This document shows, one piece after another, positions 41,666-56,829 of a stretch of DNA of 64,000 nucleotides (within the stretch, counting starts at the first letter, position 1; every line of letters begins with the position of its first letter). The notes under the pieces are model-generated. The model was not told the DNA's origin, searched no databases, and was given only the letters and a program-made list of their open reading frames with translations. The translations under genes were made by a program, and so were the position numbers. This DNA comes from Dictyostelium discoideum (Eukaryota), in NCBI GenBank assembly GCA_000004695.1, contig CM000151.3, positions 4,512,001-4,576,000 on the forward strand. The letters run 5' to 3'.

Positions 41666-42097
41666 ATACATTCATTTAAATAATTAATCTTACAATATAT
41701 TACTACTATTTTCTGTTGGTATTAAAATAGGTTTGTTTTTTTTTATTTTTATTTTTTTAATTTTTTTTTATTTTTTTTTATTTTAAGACACAAATTAATA
41801 ATAATACATTTCTTGATTAGAATGGTACAATTTACTTTTTTTAATTTTTTTTTTATTTTTATTTTTCATTTTTTTTTATTATGATTACAATCTTGTAAAA
41901 AAGTAGCAGGTACTGTTACTTTAATTTTTTTTCTTTTTTGTTATTTTTTCTCACATATTAAAAAAAAAAAAAAAAAAAACTTCCCTTTTTAATTAAAATA
42001 ATTGAATTTGACTCTTCAATATACTAATGATCATTCTTTTTATTTTTTTACTTTCTTTTATTTTTTTTATTTTCTCTTTATTTTATCCTAATACATA

Positions 42098-42199
<102 letters not shown>

Positions 42200-43033
42200 T
42201 TTAATAACCATATTTATACTGTTGTTGTTGTTGTTATCTTATTGTTTTTTTTAATATTTTTTTTTTTTTTTCCAATTGCACCATCTCTCACCTATTTTCT
42301 TTTTGTTAATTCAATTTTTGCATATTTTATGAAATTTCAAAAAAAAAAATAAAAAAAAAAAAAAACCACACCAAAAAAAAAAAAAAAAAAAAAAAACAGA
42401 TTTTATAATTTTAAATCACGCACATATTTAAAAGATTAATTAATTAAATCTCAATTCCTATATTTATATATATATTATTACAAAAAATCAAATAACCACA
42501 TATTATATACATATTAATATATACATAAAAACATATTTAACATATTCAAAAAAGAATAGTCGACATATAGATTCAAAAGTCCTTTCCCACTTTAACCAAT
42601 ACAAATTTCAAAAATATTCAAATTTAATTTCTTTGTTTTAGATTTCTGAAAACATATTTATTTATTCCATCAAAAAAAAAAAAAAAAAAAAATCAAAAAA
42701 AAAAAAAAAAAAAAATTATCTGTTTTGGAAAACCACAAAAATAATTTTTTCACCCCCACACATTCACAATTTTAATTTATAAATTAATCAACCAACACTT
42801 TTTTTATTATTATTATTATTATTTTTTATTCACACACTTACTTTTATATAAAATTACTTTTGTATATATACCCTTATATAATATATTTCCCACCCCATCA
42901 TAATTAATTATCTCACTTTTTTTTTTTTTAAAAAATTCTCACAAAATTTATAAATCAATACAAATATTTTATTCAAATTAAAAAATAATAAAAAATTACC
43001 ACAAAAAATCAACAATATAAGTTCAACAATAAG

Positions 43034-43070
<37 letters not shown>

Positions 43071-43670
43071 AATAATAAGAAACAATTCAATCTTTATCTT
43101 TTATCAAATACATTGATTTTTAACAACACACTCACACACGCACTCACTCACAAAAAACATAAACATAAACATAAGCATAAACATAAACACACACACACAC
43201 ACCGAATTATTTAATTTAATATTCCTTTGGCCAAAAAATCCACCTTTTAAATAATAATAATATGAAAATTAATTTTAAATTTTTTTATATTTTTTTTTAT
43301 TTTTTTTTTTTACCTATTTAAATAAATTATCAATTCCAAAATATATTTTTTTTTTTTTGTTTTTTGTACATAAAACTAAAATAAAATTAATTTTATAAAA
43401 ATAAATATTTTATAAATTAATCCAAAAACACACACACATATATAAAATATAATTAATAAAATCAACCACACATACACAATAAGATCTTTTTTTTTTTTGT
43501 TTTATTTTTTATTTTTATATTTCATTCAACAATAATAATAATAAACTTTTTTTTTTCCATAAAATCATAACAACATATATAATAATAATAAAAAAAAATT
43601 AAAATTAGTTTTGTAAATAATAATCTACTCCAAAAAATATATATATATATTTAATATAAAATCTTTTAAA

Positions 43671-43812
43671 ATGAATCAACATCAACTACATCAACAATTA
43701 CAACAACAATTATTACAACAACAACAACAACAATTACAATACCAACAACAACAACATAATATGCAACAACAACAACAATTATTACAACAACAACAATTAA
43801 AAATGAATATCC

Positions 43813-43890
<78 letters not shown>

Positions 43891-44406
43891 TACAACAACA
43901 ACAATCACCAAAGAAAACAATAATTCAAAAATATAATGAAGATTTAGATGATATGGTAATTAAAACATATACAACCAGATTGGTATTGACATGGATTTAT
44001 AATAATCCAACACCACCAATTTTATCACCATTACCAAAATTAAAAGTTATACCAAATTCTAGTTCATCTAAACAATTTTCCAATAAAACATTACATACAT
44101 CAACTCATACATTCCAAGATATTGAATCATACGTTAAGGAGGTATTCGACCTTTGGGATACAGTTTTATCATTTTTTTATTCTCAACATATTAAACGTTC
44201 AAAAGCATACTATCAAAATGTAAAACAATCACCACAAAATGTTGAATCTGATCACACTGTAAAATTAACTTTAAAATCAATTTTAATTGGTTCAATTTAT
44301 TATTCCGATATATTTTTTAGAAAATCTTCTGTTTTAAAACCAAAATCAAATTTTACAATTTTAGATATTGTAATTTCAAGGTAAACTTTAAAAATTATTT
44401 ATAATC

Positions 44407-44458
<52 letters not shown>

Positions 44459-44464
44459 CTAAAC

Positions 44465-44505
<41 letters not shown>

Positions 44506-44918
44506 CCTCTCCTCCCCTCACTCCTCTCTCTTACTATAGTATTAATCTTTCAATTAAAATGTGGTTAGAAGAAAAAATGTCAGTTAATAAATATCTATCA
44601 GAAATATTTGGAGTATCTCTGGTTCATGTAAATAGTTTAGAAAGATATTTTTTAACTTTAATTGACTATCAATTATATCTTCACGAGAAGGATATTCAAT
44701 CATTTGCAAATATCATTCATAAATCCTATGTAAATAAATCATCATCATCATCATCCTCATCCTCATCCTCATCATCATCCTCACCATCACCATCACCATC
44801 ATCAATAACTGTTTGTCAAAATAAATCCATTGAATCCGAAAATAATAATATCAATAATAATATCAATAATAATATCAATAATAATATCAATAATATCAAT
44901 AATAATATCAATAATATC

Positions 44919-44960
<42 letters not shown>

Positions 44961-45401
44961 TGCGCCAATAAGATATCAATTCAAGTGTATAGTTGTAATA
45001 ATAATGATAGTGTAAATAGTTCACCATTACCATGTTCGGTTAGTGGGGCAAGTAGTAATCATTATAATATCAATCATGGATATATTAGTGGTGGTGAATC
45101 ATCATCATCTTCATCATCATCTTCATCATCAAATTCTTCACCCTCTGTATTAGTAGTACCTTCATCACCAATTAAATCATTTATACAATCTTCTTCATCA
45201 TCGTCCGCTTCTTCTGCATCACCATCATCAATTTCACCAAAGAAAAGATACCTTTCAATATCAAGATCTTCATCTTGTTCGTCAAATATAAATACACCAA
45301 TTGCAACCTCCTCACCTTCAACTTGTACAGTACCAAATTCAATTCATCATGATGACTATCAAGATCAACCAAAGAAAAGAATAAAGGCAATCGTGGCCTA
45401 A
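43671..45401 (+). CDS. PHO85/PCL-type cyclin-like protein with an N-terminal poly-Q and a C-terminal poly-Ser/Asn (2 exons)
   Basis: Exon model: join(43671..44380, 44540..45401). Exon 1 ends ..ILDIVIS at an AG|GTAAAC donor in phase 2. The acceptor ctatag at 44538-44539 continues in frame (S)INLSIKMWLEEKMSVNKYLSEIFGVSLVHVNSLERYFLTLIDYQLYLHEKD. The cyclin-box-like core (LVLTWIYN...KLTLKSILIGSIYYSDIFF...) spans both exons. Confidence 0.6.
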
Positions 45402-45934
45402 AAAAATAATATAAAAATAAAAAAAAATAAAAAAAAAATTTAAAAATATATTAAAAAAAAAAAGAGTTTTTGATTTTAATATTTTAATATTAATATTTTG
45501 GTAAAAGGGTATTTATTTGAAAATAAATAAAAAAAAAAAAATAAAAAAAAATAAAAAAAATATAAAAATGACGCCACTCGACCGGAAATTTGGAAATTTC
45601 AAAAGTTTTTTTGTAATAAAATAATTTTCAAAACAAAACAGTTTTAATCTGGATTTTCATTTTTATTTTTTTATTTTTTTTTTTTTTGTGTGAAAATAAT
45701 ATCTTTTTTTTAAAAATTTTTTTAAAATTTTTAATTTTTTATCCACTTTTTTTTTTTTTTTTTTTTTCAAAAACATTTCCACTTTTAAATTTCTTTTTTT
45801 TTATTTTTTTTATTTTTTTTTTTGTATCTATAAACAATTCAAAAAATTAAGAAATAATTTTGTATTATATAAATTCTCACACAAGCGCCACACACACACA
45901 AGTAACACACACAAATAAAAAAAATAAAAAAAAA

Positions 45935-48049
45935 ATGTTTAGTAATGGATTATCAAAATTAATAAAATCCAAAATAGCATCTACATCAATAATTACCACT
46001 AAAAATAATTATTCAATTTCAAAACTATCATTTTCATCAACATCAATTTTATTAAATAAAAAATATAAATTAAGTGAACCATTTAATTATGAACAAGATT
46101 GTGAATATGCATTAAAAGAGCCAATACAATTTTGGGATGAAGTAGCTTCAAAATATGTACATTGGTAAATATATATATTTTTTTATTATTTATTTTTGAA
46201 TAATATATATTTATTTATTTGTTTTTTTTATTATTTTTTTTTTTTATTTTTTATAGGAATAAAAGATATGAAAAAGTTTATAGTGGTGATGAGTATAATC
46301 CAGAATGGTTTAAAGGTGGTGTATTGAATGCATGTTATAATGCATTAGATGTTCATGCAAAGGATCCAATTACAAAGAATAGAATTGCAATCATTCATGA
46401 AACACCATCAAAGAATAATACAAATAAATTGACCTATGGTGAACTTTGGGATGAGGTTTGTATATTTGCAAGGGGATTACATAATTTAGGTGTTGAAAAG
46501 GGTGATAGAGTAGTCATTTATATGCCAATGATTAATCAGGCGTTGATTGCAATGTTGGCATGCGCAAGATTGGGTGCGACACATAGTGTGGTATTTGGTG
46601 GTTTTGCATCACCCCAATTGGCTCAACGTATTGAGCATTTCAAGCCAAAGGTAGTGATATCTGCAAATTTCGGTGTTGAAGGCCACAAGATCAATTGCTA
46701 CACACCACTACTTTCAAAGGCATTAGAACTATCATCACATAAACCAAATCATACCATTGTTTACAATCGTTTGGATGTAAAGTTAGACGCAGGTGAAGTT
46801 TTACCACCAAGAGTTGAGGGATCGTTGGATTGGAGTGAACTAATTAAAAATATTGCACCGTATAGGGACTATGCATTGGTAGATTCGACACACCCATTAT
46901 ACATTCTTTACACCAGTGGTACCACTGGCATGCCAAAAGGTGTCGTTAGGGACACCGGTGGCTACTCAGTGGCTTTGAATTACTCCATTAGAAATTGTTA
47001 TGGTATGAAGAGTGGTGATACATTTTTCGCAGGTTCCGACGTAGGTTGGGTAGTTGGTCATACTTTATCAGTCTACGGTCCATTGATGGTAGGTTTAACA
47101 TCGATCATATTCGAAGGTAAACCAACAGTTCCAGACGCCTCAACCTATTGGAAATTGATTGAAAAGCATCGTGTAAATGCACTATTCTCTGCACCAACAG
47201 CAATTCGTGCAATTCATAGAGATGATGCTGATGGTAAGTTGGCATCAAAATGTGATCTCTCCTCATTGAGATCCATTTGGTTGGGTGGTGAACGTTTGGA
47301 TAGTTCAACATTCAATTTCTTAAGAAACATCACCAACAACAAACCAATCTTGGACAACTATTGGAATACCGAGAGTGGTTCACCATTAATCACCAACCCA
47401 TCATGTCAAGTACCAATCAAAGCAAACGCCACTGGTAAGCCAATGCCAGGTTACCAATTCCATGTACTCTCTCCAACCTCTGAAAGATTGGGTGCCGATA
47501 AAATCGGTGAGGTTTGTATAAAGTTACCAGTTGCACCAGGTTTTACAAATACCCTATACCTAAATCCAGAAGGTTACAAGAATGCTTATCTCAACGAGTA
47601 TCCAGGTTACCTTAGAACCGCCGATTCAGGCTACTACGATGAAAATGGTTATTATCATATCATTTCTAGAGTTGATGATATTATCAATGTTAGTGGTCAC
47701 CGTTTATCAACTGGTTCAATCGAAGAAATCTTAGTTAAACATCCAAAAATAGTAGAATGCGCAGTAATTGGTGTCCACGATGAATTAAAAGGTGAAATAC
47801 CATTTGGTTTGGTAGTTTTAAAACCTCAATATAAAGATTGTGCTGAAGAAGTTGAAAATGAATTAATTAAAGAAGTTAGAGAAAATATTGGTCCTGTCGC
47901 AACCTTTAAAAAAGTTTTATCTGTAAATCGTTTACCAAAAACTCGTAGTGGTAAAATTTTAAGAAATATTTTAAGAAAAATGTATAATAGTAAGTTTTTA
48001 TTTTTTTAATAATTTTTTTATAATTTTTATTTATTTTTTATTAATTAAT

Positions 48050-48090
<41 letters not shown>

Positions 48091-48218
48091 CCTCTCTCTC
48101 TTTGAATCAAACAGAGGAAGAATATACTGTTCCACCAACAATTGAGGATATGGAGGTCCTTAAAGAAATTGATATCGAATTTGAAAAGTATAAACTTTCA
48201 CACCCACCAAAAAAATAG
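45935..48218 (+). CDS. Short-chain acyl-CoA synthetase, ACSS3/propionyl-CoA synthetase-like, probably mitochondrial (3 exons)
   Basis: Exon model: join(45935..46164, 46257..47989, 48115..48218). Exon 1 has an N-terminal targeting-like sequence and ...PIQFWDEVASKYVHW at a GTAAAT donor. Exon 2 has WFKGGVLNACYNALDVH and the AMP-binding signature YTSGTTGMPKGV. The small last exon KEEYTVPPTIEDMEVLKEIDIEFEKYKLSHPPKK* matches the ACSS3 C-terminus (..KITPTIEDP..). Confidence 0.85.
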
Positions 48219-49298
48219 TTAAATAAAAAAAAATAAAAAAATGATAAAATAAAAAATAATAAAATTAATAATAGTAATAATTTGGTTTTATTTTTATTTC
48301 TTTTCTTTTTAATTTCTCTTTTTAGTGTCATGCTTAATTAAATAATTTTTAAATAATATTTAATTTTGTTTTTTTTTTATTTTACTATTTTTTTAGAAAA
48401 TTAACCACTGATATTTTTTCCTAAAAATAAATATCTATGATATAAAAAATTATTTTGATCAAATTAGAAAAAAAAAAATAAATAAATACAATAAAAAATA
48501 AAAATAAAAAAAAAAAAAATTAATAAAAAAAAAAATAATAAATAATAAATAAAAAAAAAAAATGGAAAAAAAAAACAATAATAATGAATTTTAAATTTAG
48601 AATTTATTTTTTTAAAAAAAAAAAAAAAAAAAGTTAAAAATATTTTAAATTAGAAAGGGGAATTTTAAAATATTAATTTTAATATTTTTTTAAAAATTAA
48701 AAAAAAAAAAAAAAAAAATTTCTAATTTTAATTTCCATTTTTAGACAACTTTTTTTTTAAAAATAAATTCTAATAGGGTCTTGTCTTTTATTTTAAGAAC
48801 TTAAACAAACAAAGCTATTAAATCAAAAAGAATAATTAAAAAAAAAAAAAAAAACTTCAAAACAAAAGGTTTGTTTATTTTTTTCATTTACAAAAAAATA
48901 ACTTATCAATTTTATTTATTTAATTCTTTTTTTTATTTTTTTTATTTTTTATAAAAAAAAAAAAAAAAAAAAAAATCACAAACAAAATTAAAAAACTACA
49001 ACAAAAAAAAAAAATAATAATTTTAAAACACTTTATTAAAATTATTTTGTTTTTGTTTTATTTATTTAAAAAAAAAAAAAAAATAGAAAAATAAATATGT
49101 AAAATAAAAAAAGAAAAAAAAAAAATACCATATAAAATAAAAAAAAAATATTTTTAAAAGAAAAAGAAAAAAAAAAGTTCATCCCTTTATTCTGTAAATA
49201 TATTCAATTCATTTAAATCATTTTATTTTTTTGTTTTTTTTATTTCCAAATATTTTCAATTATTATTATTTATTTTTTTATTTTTTATTTTATATATT

Positions 49299-49336
<38 letters not shown>

Positions 49337-49760
49337 AAAAATTTAATATAAAATTGTAGTTAAACTATTTTACACAATAATGATAAATAAAGTTTGAAAC
49401 AAAAGTGTAATTATAAAAAAATAATTTTTAAACCATTTTTTTTTTTTTTTTTTGGTTTTTTTAAAATAAAATAATTTAATTTTAATCACCCACACATTTA
49501 TCTTCTTTATTAATTAAAGTTTCAGAATTTTAAATACCAAAAAACACACACTCTCAATTACCCCCACCTATCATACATATAACCCATCCTGTTAATTTAA
49601 GAATGTTTCAAATATCACAACATATGGTTTTTAGTCAATTTGATCTTTTCCCACTACCACAACCATAACTACAACTCCTATCTTATTGATTTCATTTTTT
49701 ATTTTAATAATTTTTTTTTTAATTTTTTTGTTAGGCTTTTACCTTTTCTTGCTATTGGTA

Positions 49761-49764
<4 letters not shown>

Positions 49765-49794
<30 letters not shown>
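49765..49794. repeat. (GT)15 dinucleotide microsatellite
   Basis: A perfect GT run between the acyl-CoA synthetase and histidine kinase genes. Confidence 0.85.
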
Positions 49795-49796
<2 letters not shown>

Positions 49797-50394
49797 GTGT
49801 ATGTATGTTTGTTGTCTCTATAATAATGCTCTATTTCATTATTTTTAATGGAATTTAATAAATTAATTAAATAAAATAAAATAAAAATAAAAAACGATCT
49901 TATCTTTAAATTTAAATAAAGATTCCTAATAAAAAAAATAAAAAAATAAAAAATAAAAAATAAAAAATGTGGTAAATATTGTTATAGTTGTTGGTGTATA
50001 CAATAACTTTATTTTATTTTATTTTTTTTATTATTTATTTAATTTATTTATTTAATTTATTTTCAAAAAAAAAAAAAAAAAAAAATTGTTTTATGGTTTT
50101 TTTTTTTTTTGTTTGTTGGTGTTATAATTATTATTATTATTATTATTATTATTATCAAAGAGGTAAATTAAATAAATTAAATAAAATCTTTAAAAATAAA
50201 AAAAAAAAAAAAATTTATTATTATTTGTTTATTTGATAAAATAAAAAAAAAAATTTATTTAACTGTCTCTTAATTTCATAAAGATATTTTTTTTTTTTTT
50301 TTTTTTAATTATTTTAATTTTTTTTTTTTAATTATTTTAATTTTTTTTTTTTTTTTAAAATTTTTTTTCAAATCAGATTCTTCGTCCGACTGTT

Positions 50395-50427
<33 letters not shown>

Positions 50428-50656
50428 ATTTTTATTATTTTTATTATTTTTTATTATTTTTATTATTTTGTTTTTTTTAATTTACCAATAAGGTAAATAA
50501 AATTTTATTGTATGACATGTTTCTTTTTAAAAGTTAAAAAAAAAATACCTTTTCATATGACAAGTTTATTCTTTTTTCTTTTTTTTTAAATTAGTTTAAT
50601 TATTAAAAAAATTATTTTTTTTATGATATCCAAAAATATCGACCCTATTTGCACCT

Positions 50657-50697
<41 letters not shown>

Positions 50698-51009
50698 CCC
50701 AATTCCTCTTTTTTATTTTGTTTTATTTTTTTTAATTTTTTTTTTTAAAAAATATCACCACCCCAAAACCAAAAAAGATTTTTATTAACACACTTTTATT
50801 TTATATATTTAGTTAGCAATAGTAATAATAGTAATAATAGTAAATTTTTTATTTTTTTATTTTTTTATTTTTTTATTTTTTTTTTTTTATTTAAATTATA
50901 GAAAATAAAAAAAAGTCAATATATATATTTAAAAAAAAACAAAAAAACAAAAAAAATAAAAAAAAATATCAGTAATAATCTTTATATACAATAATAATAA
51001 TAATAAAAA

Positions 51010-51085
<76 letters not shown>

Positions 51086-51184
51086 TTAAGGGATATTAAC
51101 CGTTTTTGTATCTATTGCAAATTCGTTTTTCCCAAATTCTAAAAAAAACAAAAAAAAAAAAAAAAAAAAAAAAAAACTAATAAA

Positions 51185-52306
51185 ATGAGTTCACCACACA
51201 TTGAACTTCACTCACAAAGAACATTATCTCCCCAACCAAGTTCAAATAATTTTGAATTGACAGGAAATAAAAGTTGTGCATTATCAGCTTCTTTAAATGG
51301 TTCCATAGATGATTTAAATAATAACAATAATAACAATAACAATAACAATAACAATAACAATAACAATAACAATAACAATAACAATAACAATAACAATAAC
51401 AATAATAATAACAATAACAATAACAATAATAATGACGGCGATAAAAACGATAAAAAATTACTTATTATAACAAATGCACCAACACCACCATTAACACCTC
51501 CACAACCCACAAAAACACAACAAACATTACTAGAATTAAACCAAAAATTTCAAGAGCAACAACAACAGCAACAACAACAACAACAATTACAAAAACAGAA
51601 TAAACAACAACAATCACAAAAACAACAAGAAGAACCACCATCATCACAACAAGAAGAACCACCATTATCACAACAACAACAAGAACAAGAACAAGAACAA
51701 GAACAAGAACAAGAACAAGAAGAACAATCAAAACAAAAAATAGAAGGAAAAGGAGGGGGAGGAGAGGAAGAGGAGTGTGAAGGAGGAGGAGGAGGAGAGG
51801 GAGAGGGAGAGGAGCAATTTAAAGAGGGTGATGAGGAAGAACACGAGGGTATTGAAATTGATCCAAATCTACCAACAACTGGATATACTGGTAAACGAAG
51901 ATCATCATTACAAATCAATGAAGCATCACCAAAATTAATACAAACACCATCAGTAGATAGAACATTATGTATATTAGATTCATTACCATGTCCAATCTTT
52001 CAAATTGGTATCATTGAGAATACAGAGAATGGTAATATTACATTGACTGGTTTTGCAAATGAAAGATTAACAACACTCTTATCATGTTCATCCAATCTAT
52101 TAGTAGACTCTTTAAAATCAATTCCATCACCACACTACAATACTGTACCATCATTAGAAAGTTGTAATTCAATCCCAATAAATAATTTAGCACCTGGTCT
52201 ATTACCAAATACTGATCCAACAAAAATATTAGATCCATATATTTCATTATATAATAAAAAACAATTAAAAGAACGTTATAGTAATAATAATAATAATACT
52301 AATACC

Positions 52307-52377
<71 letters not shown>

Positions 52378-52460
52378 TACCACTACTACCACCACCACTA
52401 CCACAACTACCACCACTACCACTACAACGACCACTACCACAACAACAACAAATGAGTCTG

Positions 52461-52533
<73 letters not shown>

Positions 52534-55500
52534 AGAAATTAAACAAAATACAAAAGAGGGTGAGGAAATATTACATGAATCAACAAATTCAACTGGTACA
52601 GGTAATTCAATATCAAGACCAAATTCAATATTACAATGTATATTGGATTCATTTCATGAACAAAAAACAATAACCGAGAAAGTATTATTAAGTAACTTTT
52701 TAATTAGACAACAATATAAGAGTAGAGCTACAATTAAACCATTCCCAGATGGTTGTATTTGTATATTTGAATATATTGAAAATATAAATTTAAATTATCA
52801 ACAACCACCAACTTCATTAAATGATAGAATTAATTCAACAAATAAATTAACAAATGAAATGGAGCTATTATCATTATCACCAGACTCTAATCATCAACAT
52901 GTTCAAAAATTACATAATCATAATCATAATCATCATAATCATAATCATAATAATACTACACAACGAGCATCATCAACTGATTCACCATTTATTCATTCTG
53001 TATCAGCAAATTCACTTTCATCAATGTCATCAAATTCATCTGTAACATCTGCATGTGCATCATTAAGTAGTAATAGTAGTAGTAATAGTAATAATAATAG
53101 TAATAATGCAAGTAGTAGTAATTGTAGTAGTAATGCAAATAGTAATAATACAAATAGTAGTAGTAGTAATTGTTGTTGTTGTTGTAATAATAATAATAAT
53201 AATAATACATCATCAACATCATCAACAATATCAAGTGCATCATCAACAAAATCAAAATCATATTTACATCAACAACATAAGAATTCAAAAGTTTATTCAA
53301 CTTTATTGAATAGTTTTGAGAATTTATCATTTTTATTAAAATCAACACCAATTATAATTTGGAGAGCTGATCATAATGGTGAGATGGTATTCTTTAAGAA
53401 ATCCGATGAGATTCCAATAGATGAAAAGAAAGTTGTTGGTAATAATTTTCAAGATTTCTTACAATGGGTACCCCAAACCTATCGTACCAATTTCCAAGAG
53501 ATGTTTCAAAACAGTTTAAAGTGTGGTAAGATTTTCGAATTCTTATTTTGGTTTCAAACACCTCAGAATTATGTTCAACTATTTAAAATCGCAGGTTATC
53601 CAATATTTCATATTGATGGTAAAGATTGTATTGCTTCAAAGAGATACCTAATCGGTTGGTTAGGTGTTACCTATAATTATCTAATTAATGATGGTGCTGA
53701 AATCTCAATTAAAGGTTCTGCAAATTTAGATAGTATGTATGAAAAATTTAAAATCATTTATGAAATGCCAAATATTGAACGTACAAAATTAACAAATAAT
53801 GGTATATCAAGTGGTGGTGATATAACTAACGCCAACAACAATGGTGGTTCAAGTGAATCTTCAAATAAAATATTGGAAAAGAAAAAACATTTAATTTCTG
53901 AGGCTGAAAAAGAATGTTTTTTAAAATGTAAAGAAACTTATAATATCCTATTTAAATTATCATTACTTGGTGTAATGTTTTCAACTTTTAAAGGTATAAT
54001 TTTAGATGCAAATGATATGTTATTACAGACAATTGGATATACTAGAGGTGATTTAGAGAATGGTAAAATCGATTGGATGTTATTGACTCCACCAGAACAT
54101 TTTGAAATTTCAGCTAGAGCATTACAAGAGTTGAAGGCAAAGAGATGGTGTCAACCAATTGAGAAGGCGTATATACATAAGAGTGGCAAGAGGGTACCAG
54201 TGTTGATTACATCCGCTATGATCGATGGTAGTACTGAACAGTGTATAACATTTGTGTTTGATTTAAGTAGATATAGACAAGCTGAGATGGCAGCGATTGA
54301 AGCAACCAGATTAAAGACTCAATTCATTACAAATATTTCCCACGAGTTACGTACACCCTGTCATGGTATAGTTGGTATGAGCCAATTGCTATTGGATTCA
54401 CAATTGACCAATACGCAACGTGATAATATAGATTCAATTAAACGGTCTACAGATTCATTGATATCGTTGATCAATGATATACTGGATTTCAGCAAGTTGG
54501 AGTATGGTAAAGTTACATTGGAGAATGAGTCATTCGAATTGTTGCCAATGATTGAGGAAGTGTTGGACTCTCAAGCCACAGCTGCCAATCGAAAAGGCAT
54601 AGATTTGATATTCGTCATGGGTCGTGACTATCCAGTGCCTCCGGTTATATTTGGTGATAGAAATTCATTGAAAAAGGTGTTATTGAATTTGGTTGGAAAT
54701 GCTGTGAAATTCACAGAGACCGGTTTCGTGCTATTGGAGATCTCTACCGATTATGAAAGTGGCGATCAAATCTCCTTGCGTTTCACAGTTAAAGACAGTG
54801 GTATTGGTATACCCGAGAATAAGATCGAGCAGATTTTCGTGCCATTTGGTCAAATTGACGGTTCATTCAGTAGGAAATACGGTGGCTCCGGATTGGGTCT
54901 ATCTTTCTGCAAAGAACTAGTCGCGTTGATGGGTGGCTATATTCGGGTGGAGAGCGGCGATCAAGAGGGTGGCAAAGGCACGACCTTTTGGTTCGCAATT
55001 AAAGTTTCCATCTCGTCACCTTCTTACCTACCAAATAGTGTTCCCGCAGCTAACCAATTCTTTTATCCTGAATATAGACCATCACATTATAACAATGTCA
55101 TTGGTAATGGTGATTCACCAAAGAATGTACTAATCATTGAATCCAATCAAATGGTAATCATGTCGATCCAATCGATCCTTCTCTCAATGAAATGTGAATG
55201 TATTAGTGCATCCAAAGCAATCACAGCATTAGATCTATTGGAATCATCAAAATCAACTGAAAATCAAATCGATATCATAGTTTGTTCAGATAAATCAACA
55301 TTTGTTCAACAAATTCTAGATTATGTAACCACTGAAAAAGTCATACTCTATGGTGTTGATCCAAATTCAAAATATAATGAAAATTCAAAAGTTTACTCTT
55401 ATTTAGTTACACCAATAACTCATTCAAAATTAATTTCTTCAATTTTACTTTCAAAAAATTTAAAATCAAAAAATTCATTTTTAACAACAACAAATAATAC

Positions 55501-56200
55501 AAATAATACAAATAATACAAATAATATTGAAAATAAATCATCAATTGATTCACCATTATCAATAACTTCAACTTCATCTTCAATTATAACTCCAATTTTA
55601 ACTTCAAATAATTTAGATTTAAATAATAATAATAATAATAATAATAATTCAATTTTAGTTTCAAATAATGGTGGTGTTGATGGTGGAAATAATGTTCCAT
55701 CAACATTAACAACAATTCAACAAAGTCAACCAAAGAAATATATTTTAGTTGCAGAAGATAATGATATTAATATTAAAGTTGTAGTTAGACAATTGGAAAA
55801 GTTAGGATATACTGCAATTGTTGGAATTAATGGATTGAAAGCTTTGGAAATAATTGGAAGTTTTCCAATTTGTTTAATACTTTTAGATTGTCAAATGCCT
55901 CAAATGGATGGTTTCACATGTTCCACTATTTTACGTCAAATTGAACCAACTGGTCAACGTATACCAATCATTGCAATGACTGCAAATGACTCAAAGGATA
56001 GATGTTTCGAAGTTGGTATGGATGATTATCTCTCAAAACCTGTCAGAGTTGATAGACTTCAAAAAACTTTATCCGATTGGATTAAAACTGATGAAAATGG
56101 TAATCCAACAAATTCTTATAATTTTTATCCATTATCTTATTCTTTGGTTTATAATAATTTTATTGATACTCAATTAAAAAAAGAAAAGAATGACGATTAA
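51185..56200 (+). CDS. Hybrid histidine kinase: about 900 aa of low-complexity N-terminus, then PAS/PAC, HisKA, HATPase_c and a C-terminal receiver domain
   Basis: A single 1671-aa ORF. It contains the H-box ISHELRTPCHGIVGMSQLLL; the N-box LLNLVGNAVKFT; the G-boxes VKDSGIGIP and GGSGLGLSFCKELVALMGG; a PAS-like segment (GYTRGDLENGKIDWMLLTPPEHFEI...KSGKRVPVLITSAMI); and a receiver domain (ILVAEDNDINIKVV...ILLDCQMPQMDGF...IIAMTANDSKDRCFEVGMDDYLSKPV). The N-terminal half is poly-N/Q/T/E encoded by AAT/CAA/ACC/GAA repeats. Confidence 0.88.
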
Positions 56201-56794
56201 AAAATAAATAAAAAAAAAAAAAGGAAACTATACTTATAAAAAATAATAATGCATTTGTAAATAAAAAAAAAAATAAAAAATAAAAATAAAAAAAACTATT
56301 TTTTTATTTGTATATATTCTTTAATAAATTGAATTAAATTTTATTTTATATTATTTACTTTATAAAAACAATAATTTCAATTAAACAAATTAATAATATC
56401 TCATGATTAATAATTAATTAAATAAAAAAAAAAAAAAATTTTTTTTAAACATCATTTAGTTTTTTAATTTTTTTTAAAAAAAAAAAAAAAAACCTAATTA
56501 TAATAATAATAAAAATAATAAAAAATATACCTATTTGAAAACAAAGTAATAATTTTAAGGGTTTTAATTTAAAAATCGATTTTTTTTTTTTTTTTATTTA
56601 TTATTTTAAATATGTTTAAAGAATTTTTAAAGATATTTTTAATATTAATTATTGTAATTTACAATTTTGAAAAAAAAAAATTAAATTCGGACTATATATG
56701 TCATAAATATATTATTTTTAGATTTTATTCTTGTTTTTGTTCTCTCCTCACATATGTACCCTCTATCAACATCTTTTTAAATCTCCCAATTATT

Positions 56795-56829
<35 letters not shown>

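Noticed and set aside
48107-48331. 74-aa minus-strand ORF at the 3' end of the acyl-CoA synthetase gene
   Set aside because: It overlaps the last ACSS exon in antisense and runs into poly-A/T. The + strand exon has clear homology (PTIEDM...).
51208-53351. Minus- and plus-strand ORFs rich in Leu/Val/Cys/Ile/Tyr overlapping the histidine kinase repeat region (51208..51918, 52265..52673, 52989..53351)
   Set aside because: They are antisense or out-of-frame readings of the AAT/CAA/ACC/GAA coding repeats of the kinase N-terminus. The same applies to 43666..43920(-) opposite the cyclin poly-Q and 45181..45390(-).
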